From Methanosarcinaceae archaeon (lineage in GTDB: Archaea > Halobacteriota > Methanosarcinia > Methanosarcinales > Methanosarcinaceae): a stretch of 64,000 bases of DNA. Position numbers and translations under genes: made by a program. This document shows positions 40,406 through 51,258 of this stretch, piece after piece. Under the pieces are notes generated by a model. It saw only the letters and a program-made list of their open reading frames with translations. It had not been told where the DNA came from and searched no databases. Location: positions 3,470-67,469 of the forward strand of contig DAOUSW010000005.1 in NCBI GenBank assembly GCA_030627005.1. Reading direction: 5' to 3'. How positions within the stretch are numbered: the stretch's first letter is position 1; each line of letters begins with the position of its first letter.

Positions 40406-40904
40406 ATGACTGAGAGGCAAGTCGAAAGCGTGGTTATCGAAATTCCGAAAGGAAGTCGGAACAAATACGAGTACGATAAGGAAAGGAAAGTGATCAAGTT
40501 CGACAGAATGCTTTTTTCTTCAATGATGTATCCCTGTGATTATGGTTTTTTTTCCTGATACTCTGGCACTTGACGGTGACCCTTTAGATGTCCTGGTTTT
40601 AATGTGGGAACCTACATTTCCGGGATGTGTGATAGATGTACATCCTATTGCATTATTTGCCATGGAAGATGATAAGGGAGTAGATGACAAGATACTCTGT
40701 GTTCCAAAGGGTGACCCCTTATGGAATTATATAGAATCAATCGACCAGGTCCCTCCTCATCTCTTAAAAGAAATTACTCACTTCTTTGAAACTTATAAGC
40801 ATTTAGAGCATAAACACGTGAAGGTTATTGGTTGGGACGGTCTCGAAGCAGCAGTCAATATAATCCAGGAAGCTAAATCCCGATATCTCGAACAAAATAA
40901 ATGA
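40406..40904 (+). pseudogene. ppa: Family I inorganic pyrophosphatase, +1 frameshift in a T8 run
   Basis: [14 protein letters not shown]...YPCDYGF in one frame, [16 protein letters not shown] in the next; T8 at 40546-40553 where T7 restores GFFP. Confidence 0.9.
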
Positions 40905-41345
40905 TCTTCCGGTCTTGCATAAACGATGTAACCGTCTTGCTTAGTTTAGTAAGTTTTGGTTTTTTTGTAAGGCCTATAAAAGGGACCTGCTGGAATAGTA
41001 CTGAAAAATGGAAAACATCCGTTGAATGTAAACTTTCCGAACTCAGCCGGTTTTTCCGGAATAGCCTTCTCCGTCCGTTTCTGTCCCGGACGTAGTCCGG
41101 CTTTTCCTTAATTAAAAATATTACGATAATTATAATGTATCTACGGTAACATCAAATTGGACACCGGAACTAAAATTACATAAATATTTAAAAACAGTCT
41201 TTACTTATTTTTATATGAATTGCGCATTTGAAATGCCGAACAGTCAATTTCACTATTTATATAATAATACACTTTTTCCATAAAAATACAATTAGAACCA
41301 TTTAAATACAACTACTTTTGAATAAAAACAGTTTTAGGGACAGCA

Positions 41346-41996
41346 ATGCCAGTCTATGAAAATACCAGGTTGACCCTTGAGGAGGTCGGAAACACAAAAC
41401 TAGTTTGTGTCACCAAGACAATTGAACCTGCAAGGATAAACGAAGCTATCAGGGCCGGAGCCCCTATCATCGGAGAGAACCGGGTCCAGGAGTACGAGGA
41501 TAAGTGTGCCGATGTACTGCCCTGCGAGACCCATCTTATAGGCCATCTGCAGACAAATAAAGTCAAAAAAGCCGTAGATCTCTTTGATCTTATCCAGTCA
41601 GTTGACTCCCTTAAGCTAATAAGGAATATAAACAGGAGGGCCGGGGCTATTGACAAAGTACAGAGGGTCTTCCTTCAGGTTAACATCGGCAACGAGCCGC
41701 AAAAACACGGCTTTGGACCGGATGAGCTAAAAAAGGTAATAACAGAGATCCGCGCTCTCAGGAATGTCCGTGTGGAAGGCCTCATGTGCATCCCTCCTTT
41801 TCTACCCCCCGAACAAACCCGTCCCTATTTCAGGAAGATGAAGGGCCTTTTTGATGAACTGAAGCAGGAAAACCGGGACAACATCGATATCAAGGAACTA
41901 TCAATGGGCATGTCCGGCGACTACAGGATTGCCATCGAGGAAGGAGCCACGATGGTGCGTGTGGGCTCTGCCATATTTGGGGAGAGGAAGTACTGA
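41346..41996 (+). CDS. yggS: PLP homeostasis protein, YggS family
   Basis: VCVTK, GENRVQE, HLIGHLQTNKVK, LSMGMSGDY, VRVGSAIFG. Confidence 0.95.
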   Translation: MPVYENTRLTLEEVGNTKLVCVTKTIEPARINEAIRAGAPIIGENRVQEYEDKCADVLPCETHLIGHLQTNKVKKAVDLFDLIQSVDSLKLIRNINRRAGAIDKVQRVFLQVNIGNEPQKHGFGPDELKKVITEIRALRNVRVEGLMCIPPFLPPEQTRPYFRKMKGLFDELKQENRDNIDIKELSMGMSGDYRIAIEEGATMVRVGSAIFGERKY

Positions 41997-42220
41997 AAGT
42001 GCTGCTTTGTGGAAAATATAAATTCAGTATATACTTTTTTCTAATGGGGTCATTGAAAATATTTAGCTGCCGCTAAAATTGGAACTTATTCAATAATTTT
42101 ATACGATCAACTATTTCAGAGGCAACGAGCTCTATAAAAACGCTAGTATGGGATGCCCTGGCACTCCTGAGCAAAAACCACCCCTCGAAAACTAGGCGTT
42201 GAAAATGAGCAAAATTCATT

Positions 42221-42263
42221 ATGGGCCTGCTGAGATTCAAACTCAGGACCTCCTCCGTGTGAA
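42221..42263 (-). other. Degenerate 3' fragment of tRNA-Val (older att-like direct repeat)
   Basis: ATGGGCCTGCTGAGATTCAAACTCAGGACCTCCTCCGTGTGAA, 3 mismatches to the intact tRNA. Confidence 0.8.
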
Positions 42264-42366
42264 TGTGTCTTATGATGTCGAAAACGCATTCATAAACTTA
42301 TATATATAATTATGTACCATTTTTTATATGAGCAGTTGTGCTGCTTATATAGGGGGAAGTGATAAG

Positions 42367-42693
42367 GTGGCTGAGAAAAAACCTATCATCAGAGTGTATT
42401 TCGCCAAAATCAAGGAAGCATATTATAACCTATCTGAAGAGGAAAAGCAAGAGTTCATGCGTAAGGACCGCGAGCAAATGGACGAGCTCGGGATGAAACT
42501 CCTGATGATGATTGACTGCCGCTGGTCCAGTGAAGAGTGGGATTTTATCGGGATTGAGGAATGGCCAGGCATAGAAGCTCTTGAGGAGCGTGCCAGGTTC
42601 GAAAAAGAAGAACTGGAAGCATTCAGGTATGCTGAATCGAAGACTTATCTGGGTACCGGTACTTTTGGAATTGGCGAATATGGTAAAGAATAA
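42367..42693 (+). CDS. Hypothetical protein (possible dimeric alpha/beta barrel)
   Basis: GTG start 42367; protein-like composition; fold is a guess. Confidence 0.6.
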   Translation: MAEKKPIIRVYFAKIKEAYYNLSEEEKQEFMRKDREQMDELGMKLLMMIDCRWSSEEWDFIGIEEWPGIEALEERARFEKEELEAFRYAESKTYLGTGTFGIGEYGKE

Positions 42694-42728
42694 AACCTGA
42701 GGCAATGGAGACCTGAACCATTTCCGGA

Positions 42729-42825
42729 GTGTCTATATCACAACGCAAAGCTGCAATAGTCGCAGGGTTAGGGTTACTAATCATGACTCTGGCCTATTTC
42801 TTCGCTGATTTTTTTGCTTTCCAGA
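42729..42825 (+). pseudogene. 5' fragment of a DUF4386-like membrane protein
   Basis: SQRKAAIVAGLGLLIM resembles DUF4386 N-termini, then similarity ends. Confidence 0.4.
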
Positions 42826-42897
42826 ATCCTGGAATCAGGGTCTCATTTCTTCCATGTGAGAATAAATCATATAAAACAGCAACAACATCTCTAAATT

Positions 42898-43416
42898 ATG
42901 GAATACCGGAACGAAGAGTTTGAAGCGGAAACCTTTAAAGATATTGATCTTACAGACGTATCTTTCAATAATTCAAGGTTTATTGATTGTGATTTTGAAA
43001 ACTGCAACTTATCAAACGTCGATCTGGATAACACAAAATTTCAGAATGTAAGATTCAAGAGCTGCAAAATTCTGGGATTGGATTTTTCAAAATGTAATGA
43101 CTTTATACTCGCTTTTGGATTTGAAAATTCTTTTCTTTCCCTGTCAGTATTTTCCGATATAAATTTAGAAAATACGGATTTTACCAATTGCCAGATCTAT
43201 GACTGTGATTTTGTGAATACCAATCTTACAAATGCTAATTTTGAAAATTCCGATCTTAAGAACAGTCTCTTTGAAAATGCGAACCTTAGCTTTACATCGT
43301 TCAGGAATGCAAAAAACTATGATATAAATCCAAATAACAATTTTCTAAAAAAGACAATCTTTTCTATCCCTGAAGTTATCTCCCTTTTAAATATCTATGA
43401 CATTGTACTGGAATAA
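42898..43416 (+). CDS. Pentapeptide repeat protein
   Basis: Repeated (A/S)(D/N)(F/L)xx units, e.g. TNLTNANFENSDLKNSLFENANLS. Confidence 0.9.
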   Translation: MEYRNEEFEAETFKDIDLTDVSFNNSRFIDCDFENCNLSNVDLDNTKFQNVRFKSCKILGLDFSKCNDFILAFGFENSFLSLSVFSDINLENTDFTNCQIYDCDFVNTNLTNANFENSDLKNSLFENANLSFTSFRNAKNYDINPNNNFLKKTIFSIPEVISLLNIYDIVLE

Positions 43417-43497
43417 ACTACTGTTTTAGCATCTCCTGGTGAAGAATTTAATGAATACTTGGTAGTTGTACAACCATTAAGCAAAATATGTGATTAA

Positions 43498-43845
43498 ATG
43501 GTAATTATTAGCTTCTTAACAGCATTGATTTTAACAATATTAATAGAAGAGACCGTTACTTTTCTTCTAGGCTACAGAACTAAAAACACATTCTTAGTAG
43601 TCTCCTTAGTCAACGTAATAACAAATCCAATTGCAAATTACATTGTAATGGCAAACAATATTTTCAATATCATAAAGCCTGATATTTCACTGGTAATCGT
43701 TCTTGAAGTCTTGATTGTTTTCATTGAGTGGAAAATACTGGAATACGCTCTTCCAGATCAGAAAAAACAATCCTATTTAATCCTTTCAATAATAATGAAT
43801 CTCGCCTCTTTTTTAACCGGCGTAATACTATTCGGCCTGCCATAA
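43498..43845 (+). CDS. Hypothetical membrane protein
   Basis: Four hydrophobic segments, NVITNP motif. Confidence 0.7.
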   Translation: MVIISFLTALILTILIEETVTFLLGYRTKNTFLVVSLVNVITNPIANYIVMANNIFNIIKPDISLVIVLEVLIVFIEWKILEYALPDQKKQSYLILSIIMNLASFLTGVILFGLP

Positions 43846-43876
43846 ACTTATATATCAAAATCAACCAAAATAGCTT

Positions 43877-44917
43877 ATGCCTTCTGATTCTAAAAAAAAT
43901 CTCACAGTTTACGGATTATCTCACGCAGCAATCGATGCAAGTTGTGCTGCAGTGGCATTTTCATTATTATCTTCAAAATCAATAACTAATGACTACTTTA
44001 TCCAGCTAGTCATCATGTATAATGTTATTGCTTTCGGCTCCCAGACTTTAGTCGGCCTTCTGGTAGATAAGTATAGATGTCCAAAACTCTCAGCAATTTC
44101 CGGTTCTGTTATAACAGCCTCGGCAATACCTGTCTCTTTTCTATCGCCCCTGTATGCAATAATCCTTGCAGGTATCGGAAATGCCCTATTTCATGTAGGC
44201 GGCGGGACAATAAGTCTCAACCTGACAAAAAATAAGGCAGCAGCACCAGGGATATTTGTAGCTCCCGGAGCATTGGGACTTTTAATAGGAACGCTTTACG
44301 GAAAAAGTGGGTCCTTTACAGCCTGGCCATTGCTGATAATAATCGCTATTCTCTGTGCCCTCATGTATTATACAAAATATCCGGAAATAAATTACAAAAC
44401 AGACGAGAAAATAAACACAAACTATTTTGAATCAATCATACTCTTGCTTCTTATGACAATCGTAGCAAGATCAGTAATCGGCTCAGTGGTCGTTTTGCCC
44501 TGGAAATCCGACATCTTTCTATTAGTAACACTAACCTCAGGTATAGTCCTGGGAAAAGCTTTCGGTGGAATTATAGGAGATAAATACGGCTGGCAAAAGG
44601 TAGGAGTCATATCTCTTTTAATATCTGCTCCACTACTCGCATTTGGAGCAGCAATACCGGAGGCAGCAATACTCGGAATTTTCCTCTTCAATTTTACAAT
44701 GCCGATTACTCTGGTAGCAATCTCAAATACACTTCCAGGAAGACCTGGCTTCTCATTTGGCTTGACAACACTGGCATTAATAATCGGAGTTCTCCCAACA
44801 TACGCAGGCGCAGGCAGTTTCATGTCACAAAGCCATTCAGTATTCGCGATAATCATCAGTTCAGCAATAGTCCTGTATTATGCACTATTTTTATATAGCA
44901 GAAAACCAAATGTCTAA
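43877..44917 (+). CDS. MFS-like membrane protein
   Basis: About 12 TM segments; GLLVDKY and GIIGDKYG loops. Confidence 0.7.
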   Translation: MPSDSKKNLTVYGLSHAAIDASCAAVAFSLLSSKSITNDYFIQLVIMYNVIAFGSQTLVGLLVDKYRCPKLSAISGSVITASAIPVSFLSPLYAIILAGIGNALFHVGGGTISLNLTKNKAAAPGIFVAPGALGLLIGTLYGKSGSFTAWPLLIIIAILCALMYYTKYPEINYKTDEKINTNYFESIILLLLMTIVARSVIGSVVVLPWKSDIFLLVTLTSGIVLGKAFGGIIGDKYGWQKVGVISLLISAPLLAFGAAIPEAAILGIFLFNFTMPITLVAISNTLPGRPGFSFGLTTLALIIGVLPTYAGAGSFMSQSHSVFAIIISSAIVLYYALFLYSRKPNV

Positions 44918-44946
44918 AAAAGACAAGAAAGTTAAAAGGTAAAAAA

Positions 44947-45165
44947 ATGAAAAAAGCAAATATTATCATAATATCATTGTGCCTAAGCGTATCCATTTTA
45001 CCTTCAGTAGTTCGTGCAGATATGATTTCTCCAGGGGCTACTGCTGCCTTACTATTGATTATTATAGCACCTATAATTGGAATAATTGCCCTGATTGCCT
45101 GGCTGGTGATTAGAAAAATTAAGAAAAATAATGATTCTAAAAGAGAGCCAAAAATCAGAGCCTAA
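44947..45165 (+). CDS. Small protein: signal peptide, one TM, basic tail
   Basis: MKKANIIII...VVRA/D then IIIAPIIGIIALIAWLVI RKIKK. Confidence 0.6.
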   Translation: MKKANIIIISLCLSVSILPSVVRADMISPGATAALLLIIIAPIIGIIALIAWLVIRKIKKNNDSKREPKIRA

Positions 45166-45534
45166 TGCCACAGAATTTTTTTTAAGGATACTGGTTATAT
45201 TCAGAGGAATAATAGTTTGAATTGTAATTATACTTCTTGTTTTAGTATCAAGGATATTTGATCTGAGTTATATTTTCTTCTGAGTCAACTGGAAAATTAA
45301 TTCTTGTTTTAAAAAAATTAGGTCGTGTCCCCAGGTTATTGAACCGGAACTCTGAAAGTTAATAATTCCCTTCGAGCGTGTCTTAATATTAAATTTGATT
45401 CTACAACAGGGACAGACTTACGGCATTTGAACTGAAAACGTTAGCATTAAACCGTTAGATGCCTAAAGTGGAAATTCTAGCTATGATGTCTACTATGAAA
45501 CCTCTAAATCTGAAAAGAAAGGAGATAAAAGTAG

Positions 45535-45578
45535 TGGGCCCGCTGAGATTCGAACCCAGGACCTCCGCCGTGTGAAGG
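45535..45578 (-). other. 3' fragment of tRNA-Val (att-like direct repeat)
   Basis: 44 bp TGGGCCCGCTGAGATTCGAACCCAGGACCTCCGCCGTGTGAAGG, 1 mismatch to the tRNA. Confidence 0.9.
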
Positions 45579-45701
45579 TGACTTTAATCCAGTATTATTC
45601 CATAAAAATTTCCTGGTACATATGCTCTGGAATGTGCCAGAAAATGATTTATTTCACTTTTTAACCTGAAACTAAATTTTCAATTTATCTAAATTGCCCC
45701 T

Positions 45702-46535
45702 TCATCCCTTCTGCTTTTTTGACCACTCTGCCCTCCGATCATGAGCCATTTTCAGCAGGAACTCCTCTGCAGCTTCAGAGGAATTACAATATTCATGCCA
45801 GAGCCAGCCGCTTGGCTCTCCGGGCACCACAATGATTCCCTTTTTCTTTGCAACGCCCTCAAGGATTATCCGCGCGGCTTCTTCCGCTGGAATTGCATCT
45901 TCAGGAGCCTGTACCTCTTCATGGACCGGACCCAGTATTGGCTTTTTCCAGATGCGTGAAACGACAGCTGAGGGGCATGTCACCGAGAAATGAATGCCTT
46001 CTTCTGCAAATTCGTACCGCATACTTTCACTCATCCCGACCACGGCGTACTTGGTGGCGCAATAGAGTGCCTGGAATGGGAACGGTACAAGTCCTGCAAT
46101 GGAAGCCGTATTAACTATGTGACCTCCGCCCTGCAGCCGCATAACTGGCAGCACGGCGTTAATGCCGTATATTACACTCCAGAGGTTGACATCAATAATA
46201 GCTTTCCAGTGCTCAAGAGTGGCGTCGACAGTCGGCATCGTACCCCCGATCCCTGCATTATTAAATAAAAAGTCAATTCTGCCTTCCAAGGTGATCATAT
46301 CCTGAACAGCCTTTTCAACTTCCGGTTGTTTTGTCACGTCAACAAGCAGAGTACGAATCTGTCCTGCATACGCGCCAAGATTTTCAGCCGCTGATGCCAG
46401 GCTTTCTGCATTCCGACCAGCCATGAAGACTATCGCTCCCTTCTCCAACAGGGCTTCACTTACTGCATAACCGATTCCGGAATTCGCACCGGTTACCAGA
46501 CAACATTTGTCCTTGAAATACTCGTCAACTCCCAT
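45702..46535 (-). CDS. SDR family oxidoreductase
   Basis: VTGANSGIG, NNAG, NTAS, YCATK. Confidence 0.93.
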   Translation of the reverse strand: MGVDEYFKDKCCLVTGANSGIGYAVSEALLEKGAIVFMAGRNAESLASAAENLGAYAGQIRTLLVDVTKQPEVEKAVQDMITLEGRIDFLFNNAGIGGTMPTVDATLEHWKAIIDVNLWSVIYGINAVLPVMRLQGGGHIVNTASIAGLVPFPFQALYCATKYAVVGMSESMRYEFAEEGIHFSVTCPSAVVSRIWKKPILGPVHEEVQAPEDAIPAEEAARIILEGVAKKKGIIVVPGEPSGWLWHEYCNSSEAAEEFLLKMAHDRRAEWSKKQKG

Positions 46536-46644
46536 TTCACTCCCCCTTTTCCTTTTCAACGGTTCTGTTTTGGTTGATTCTGTTTTGATTAGTTCTGTTC
46601 ATTTTTTTAGGATACAAATTTCTCTTATGCATTGTCCAGCAGGG

Positions 46645-47115
46645 TTATAGCTGGCGAATTATTGCCAGCACAGCTACAACATAGGCAATCGGCCCTGTAT
46701 AAATCACCTTAAATAGTGCCAATCTGTCCACAGAAAGCTCTGCAATGCCGAATAGAGAGAACATGGAGACGGTTAAAGTCACCATGATCAATACCGTACA
46801 GCTGAACAGCACCGTGCCCAGTAATGCCCCTCTCCTCGACAGCCTTGACAGTATCGGCCCCGGCTGGGGTAGGTTTTCATCTTTGAAATGGCCGGCGCGA
46901 AGCTGGCGGTTAATATCGGCTGCCGAGAAGACTGTCACAAGCCACGTCATCACGATTGAGGTGATTATAGTATCAACCAGAATCCCGGATAAGGCAACGG
47001 TGTCCACATTCCTGTTGATGAGAAACGCCAGGAGCGGATTTACCACCATGTTAATCAGGGCGGCTGCCAGGGCCTGTTTCTGGATATACGAGTCAATCGA
47101 GCTCAGACTTACCAT
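46645..47115 (-). CDS. Hypothetical membrane protein
   Basis: Four hydrophobic segments; overlaps the end of the upstream gene. Confidence 0.65.
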   Translation of the reverse strand: MVSLSSIDSYIQKQALAAALINMVVNPLLAFLINRNVDTVALSGILVDTIITSIVMTWLVTVFSAADINRQLRAGHFKDENLPQPGPILSRLSRRGALLGTVLFSCTVLIMVTLTVSMFSLFGIAELSVDRLALFKVIYTGPIAYVVAVLAIIRQL

Positions 47116-49515
47116 ACCTCTGCTCCACTGCCAAAGTGGGCAGTGAAGACCTTGCCCGGGTCTTCTGTCTCCTCTACATTTGGTATCCGGCGTGTTTCCA
47201 GGCTCCCGTATCCTGCGGGGACATACAGTGTGAAGTCGAGAGGGTTTTCGCCCTCAGAGACAGCCTTAAAGTAGTTTTTAATAGAAGCGGGATTGCTGGT
47301 TAATTGATCCGTGCTTCCGGTATAGGCTCCTCCATTTCGAGTTTTATCTGCGTACAGAAATGCTGCGCCGTATAGAGATTGGAAGATGATAGTCTCAGGT
47401 GACTGGGAACCATAGATACCGTTAGTGAGCTGGATATAGGTAGCCAGCTGCCAGCTAGGCCACATGCCTTTGCCCCAGTTCATTCCCGGAACGAAGGGAT
47501 CTTCCCCCCCCCTCTTCAGATCGTGACATGTCAAAGGCCTGGGTTGCTATCGTTACGAGTGAATACTCCTGCATGAAATCATGTCCCTGAGGATTCCAGT
47601 CTTTACGGGAAGGCTTGAGGCCGAAATCGGCAATAGAATAAAAAGTCCCTCTGAGCTGGCCGTACTCTTCTGTTAGCATAATATCAAAGGAGTGGCTCAG
47701 TATTCTGAAACCCGGGGTCCAGACTCCTTTCCTCCCGTTTTCATCGTAATCTATTATCCCGTCACTGTTCTCATCGTAGCCATCCATGAATTCTTTTAAA
47801 AATGAGGAGCCTGTCAGCTTATCGTGGGCTTCTGCATAGCTCAGGAGGGTCTTCTGCATGTCCCATGGCATGCATGAAGGGTTATAATACATCGTTTTCG
47901 TCATCAACTCCAGGAATTTCCTGTCCTCTATCCTGCCCAGGTGCCCATCCAGGGAAGCCAGTGGCGTTTTTGTCAGGGTGTCCCAGCCGACAACATAGTA
48001 TTTCTGCTGCCCCACACCTCTCGCTTCAGCATAACGGTACAGGTTGTACCTGAAAAGAGGTGAATCGAGACCTTCCTCTGTTGCGATGTTTTTCCCGTCA
48101 ATTATTGCTACAGGAACGTGGTGGACAAACTCTGTAGGCCAGCCGTTCTCATCCTTGAGCTTCAATGCTTCACGCATAGGTACCGTTTTGAAACAATATC
48201 TGGCGCAGAGGAGGTCGAGAGCCACACAGTCCAGGGACGCCCAGACGTAACCTTCAGGGATTCTGACAGCTCTGCCATCCGGGTTATGGGAGATATTAAT
48301 CATATCTATTCCATCACTTACATGCACCATGAACACGTTCTGGTTCTGCACTGCCCTGATAACGTCCGCCTGGGTCCCTGGCATTCCTGCAGTTTTTGTT
48401 GTGATGTATTCTCCTTTCTCATCTTTTACAGGCAGGTTGGTATCGTCATCCATCTTTACGATCCAGGGCATATGCGGTAGCTCACCTTTGTAAGATGGTA
48501 CTGCTCTGGACGGGCACGCATATTTCCATTTCATATCACCGCTTCCCGTCTCGCAGGGAGCCTGCGTGGGGTAAAGGCCGATACCAAGGTTCTTGATAGC
48601 ATTTGTGATAAGATCCTGAGCATGGATCTTTAGCTTGGGGACATTAATAAGAACGCAGCCGGGGTAGTCTTTAAGGTCTTCACTGTCATCCGGGTTCCCG
48701 CCGACAATCGCCTTGTGCAGTGTGATCTCTTTGTAGTTTGCTCCATCTGGAACTTCGACCGTCCTGCCCCTTGAAGCGTCTTCATCAAGTTTGTTCAGGT
48801 CATAGACCATCAGCCGGTCTCCTGCTTTCCCTGGCGGGAAGAACCTTCCGGCAACGCTATCTTCATATCCTTTCATAGGGTCGTCTTCATGGGAGGAAGG
48901 ATGGCGCTCTGACAGGTATCTGCGGACAAAGAAAAAACCCCATCCCCCGTAGAAATCCTCACTCCGCCCTTCAAAAAGGGCTTCTGTGGTGATGTCCTTT
49001 CCGAAGGTTAACCTGAAAGAGATTGTCATCAACAGGGCGGAAGTCGAAGCCTCCCCCAGTGCCATCTGATAATAGTGTATGTCAAGCCTGTCATGGAACC
49101 ACCTCATCAGAGCGGCTATAAGGGGCCATTCGGTACAGATGGGAGCACCCAGGCCTTCGCCATGTGTCCCTGCGTCAATGGCGACCGGGCCAACCAGGTT
49201 GGGCTTGAATAACAATTTCTTGCTGGACCGTATCGGTGACTGCACCTGGCTGACAAACCCTGTCTCCCGGTCCAGCTCACCCAGGGAAGAATCAAGATTG
49301 GCGTAGATATAATCAATTTTTTCAACTATCTCCGCCCAGGCTGCTGTATCGTTCTCGTTGATGACCTTCTGGAGCAAACCGGGGACTCCGGCATAGGCCT
49401 TTGAGACATCCATCCTGCTGCCAGCGACCGGTGATCCCTCAGAATCGACCTTCCTCTTTCCCAGTTTCGAATCGACAACCGCATCTTTCGAATATTCTTC
49501 GTTTATGGTACTCAT
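47109..49515 (-). pseudogene. Large DUF362-family protein split by a +1 frameshift in a G9 run
   Basis: FKPNLV, LINVPKLKIH, NAIKNLGIG; C9 at 47504-47512 on +; removing one base joins SEEG to EDPFVPGMNWG. Confidence 0.8.
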
Positions 49516-49797
49516 CTTTTCCCCCCATTGACGCGAAGTGGATAAGGCTGCATCAAACACTTCCCAATAAAAAGACAAATTCCAGGTTTTCTATAGCTCC
49601 AGGTTTTCTATAGCCTGTTGTGATACTTCTTTTTTGACTCTTTCTGATGCGCCCCTTCGATATCGTTATTCCTTATATTATGTTTTCTCAACGTCATCTG
49701 AATATTACGTGGCATGTATTATAGATATTATATATATTATCCCTATTCTATATATCATCTAATATCACATATTAATCCGAATATTGGGGGGTTGATT

Positions 49798-50598
49798 ATG
49801 TTCCGATTTGAAGATAACAAATGCTATAGAATGCCGGCCCACTTTGGCGGTTTTGACTGCCCTGGCCCTGAAGCAGCGCTGTATTATAGGGATGCAGTTT
49901 CTGTAACCTTTACGTATACGACGGACGAAAACCAGCTGGCAAGCTATGTGCCCGAAGGTTTTGAGCTGTTACGACCTGAATTGAACATCTCCTACAGTCA
50001 GTTTCGAGAGATCGACTGGATGGCGGGAGGTGCGTATAACCTCGTCCAGGTCAGTGTGCCTGCCCGTTTCAACGGCAAGCGTGACCAGCTGGAAGGGCAG
50101 TTTATTCTGGTAGTCTGGGAGAACAAAACCTGGCCGATCCTTGGAGGGAGAGAAGAGACCGGCATCCCAAAAATCTATGCCGACATCGAGGACCTGCACA
50201 CTATCCAGCCGAACTACTATACCAGTGCCAGTTACGAAGGAAACACATTCCTGCGCCTGGAGCTGCTCGGAGCAAAGCCTGTAAACGAGCAGCTGTTATC
50301 GGAGATGCAGGCTTCTGCAGCCACAATCAACGCCCTTGGGTGGCGCTACATTCCAAAAGTCGGCGCTCCCGGGGCGGACTTGAGCCAGCCCATACTGTAC
50401 CCACAGGGTGCTGAGGTCCACAGCGCATGGGCGGGCAGCGGCACTGTCAAATGGACACAATTGAGCTGGGAGCAGAACCCGGGACAGTGGCATATCATCA
50501 AGGCACTGGCAGAGTTGCCCATGCTAGAGATGGCTCCGGCCATCATGGTGAAAGGGGTCATCATTTTAAAACCCAATAATGGACGTGTTCTCGAATAA
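49798..50598 (+). CDS. Acetoacetate decarboxylase-like family protein
   Basis: YRMPAHFG, GREETGIPKIYA (ADC-fold Lys motif). Confidence 0.8.
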   Translation: MFRFEDNKCYRMPAHFGGFDCPGPEAALYYRDAVSVTFTYTTDENQLASYVPEGFELLRPELNISYSQFREIDWMAGGAYNLVQVSVPARFNGKRDQLEGQFILVVWENKTWPILGGREETGIPKIYADIEDLHTIQPNYYTSASYEGNTFLRLELLGAKPVNEQLLSEMQASAATINALGWRYIPKVGAPGADLSQPILYPQGAEVHSAWAGSGTVKWTQLSWEQNPGQWHIIKALAELPMLEMAPAIMVKGVIILKPNNGRVLE

Positions 50599-50868
50599 TT
50601 GAAAGCCTGCCCGCTGAATCCTGCAGGTTTTTTCATATTCTTTTTTGCGGATTGATCTGACAACAGAGCTCTTCAATTTAAAAAACATACATGATATTCT
50701 TCGAATAACAGACAAAAAAATGAAAGTACTGGAGAGCATTTTCATGCCAAATTAGGTTGGAGCCTCAGTAAATCTGAAATTAAAAAGCGAAAAGTAAAAC
50801 CAGAGATTACACATCCCTCGGTAAGGCTTCAACAATCGGAAACAGAAGAAAATAAAGACAAAACCACA

Positions 50869-50942
50869 TGGGCCCGCTGAGATTCGAACTCAGGACCTCC
50901 GCCGTGTGAAGGCGACGTCATAACCGACTAGACCACGAGCCC
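50869..50942 (-). tRNA. tRNA-Val(CAC)
   Basis: Cloverleaf GGGCTCG/CGGGCCC-A, anticodon loop TTCACAC, T loop TTCGAAT; CCA not encoded. Confidence 0.97.
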
Positions 50943-51258
50943 ATGGTGTATAAGGAAACCCCTGAGGGTTGAGCAACCATAAAATAGAACTTCTTACGTA
51001 TAAGCTTATCGCCTGTTTGTCGGTTTCGGGCTTTCCCTGACCGGTTATACTGCTCTTTTATGGTGTAAGCCGGATTTCTTGCGAGTTCTCTCTTTTTCCA
51101 GGTCTCCCGGCTCAGCCAGACCGCAGGTTATATAAGCGTTCTTTGATATCTTTACAGTGGTAATATCATTACACTGATATTTTACTGTACACGGCATAAA
51201 TTTTCCTTTATACGATAAATTTTCCTTTATACCGCAAAAAAGCTTCATCCCGGTTTAC

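Noticed and set aside
42221-45578. Extra tRNA genes at 42221 and 45535
   Set aside because: Only the 3' ~44 bp is present; no D arm or 5' acceptor strand
42265-50868. Integrase for the islands
   Set aside because: No ORF with tyrosine or serine recombinase motifs; short frames running into the att copies are uninformative
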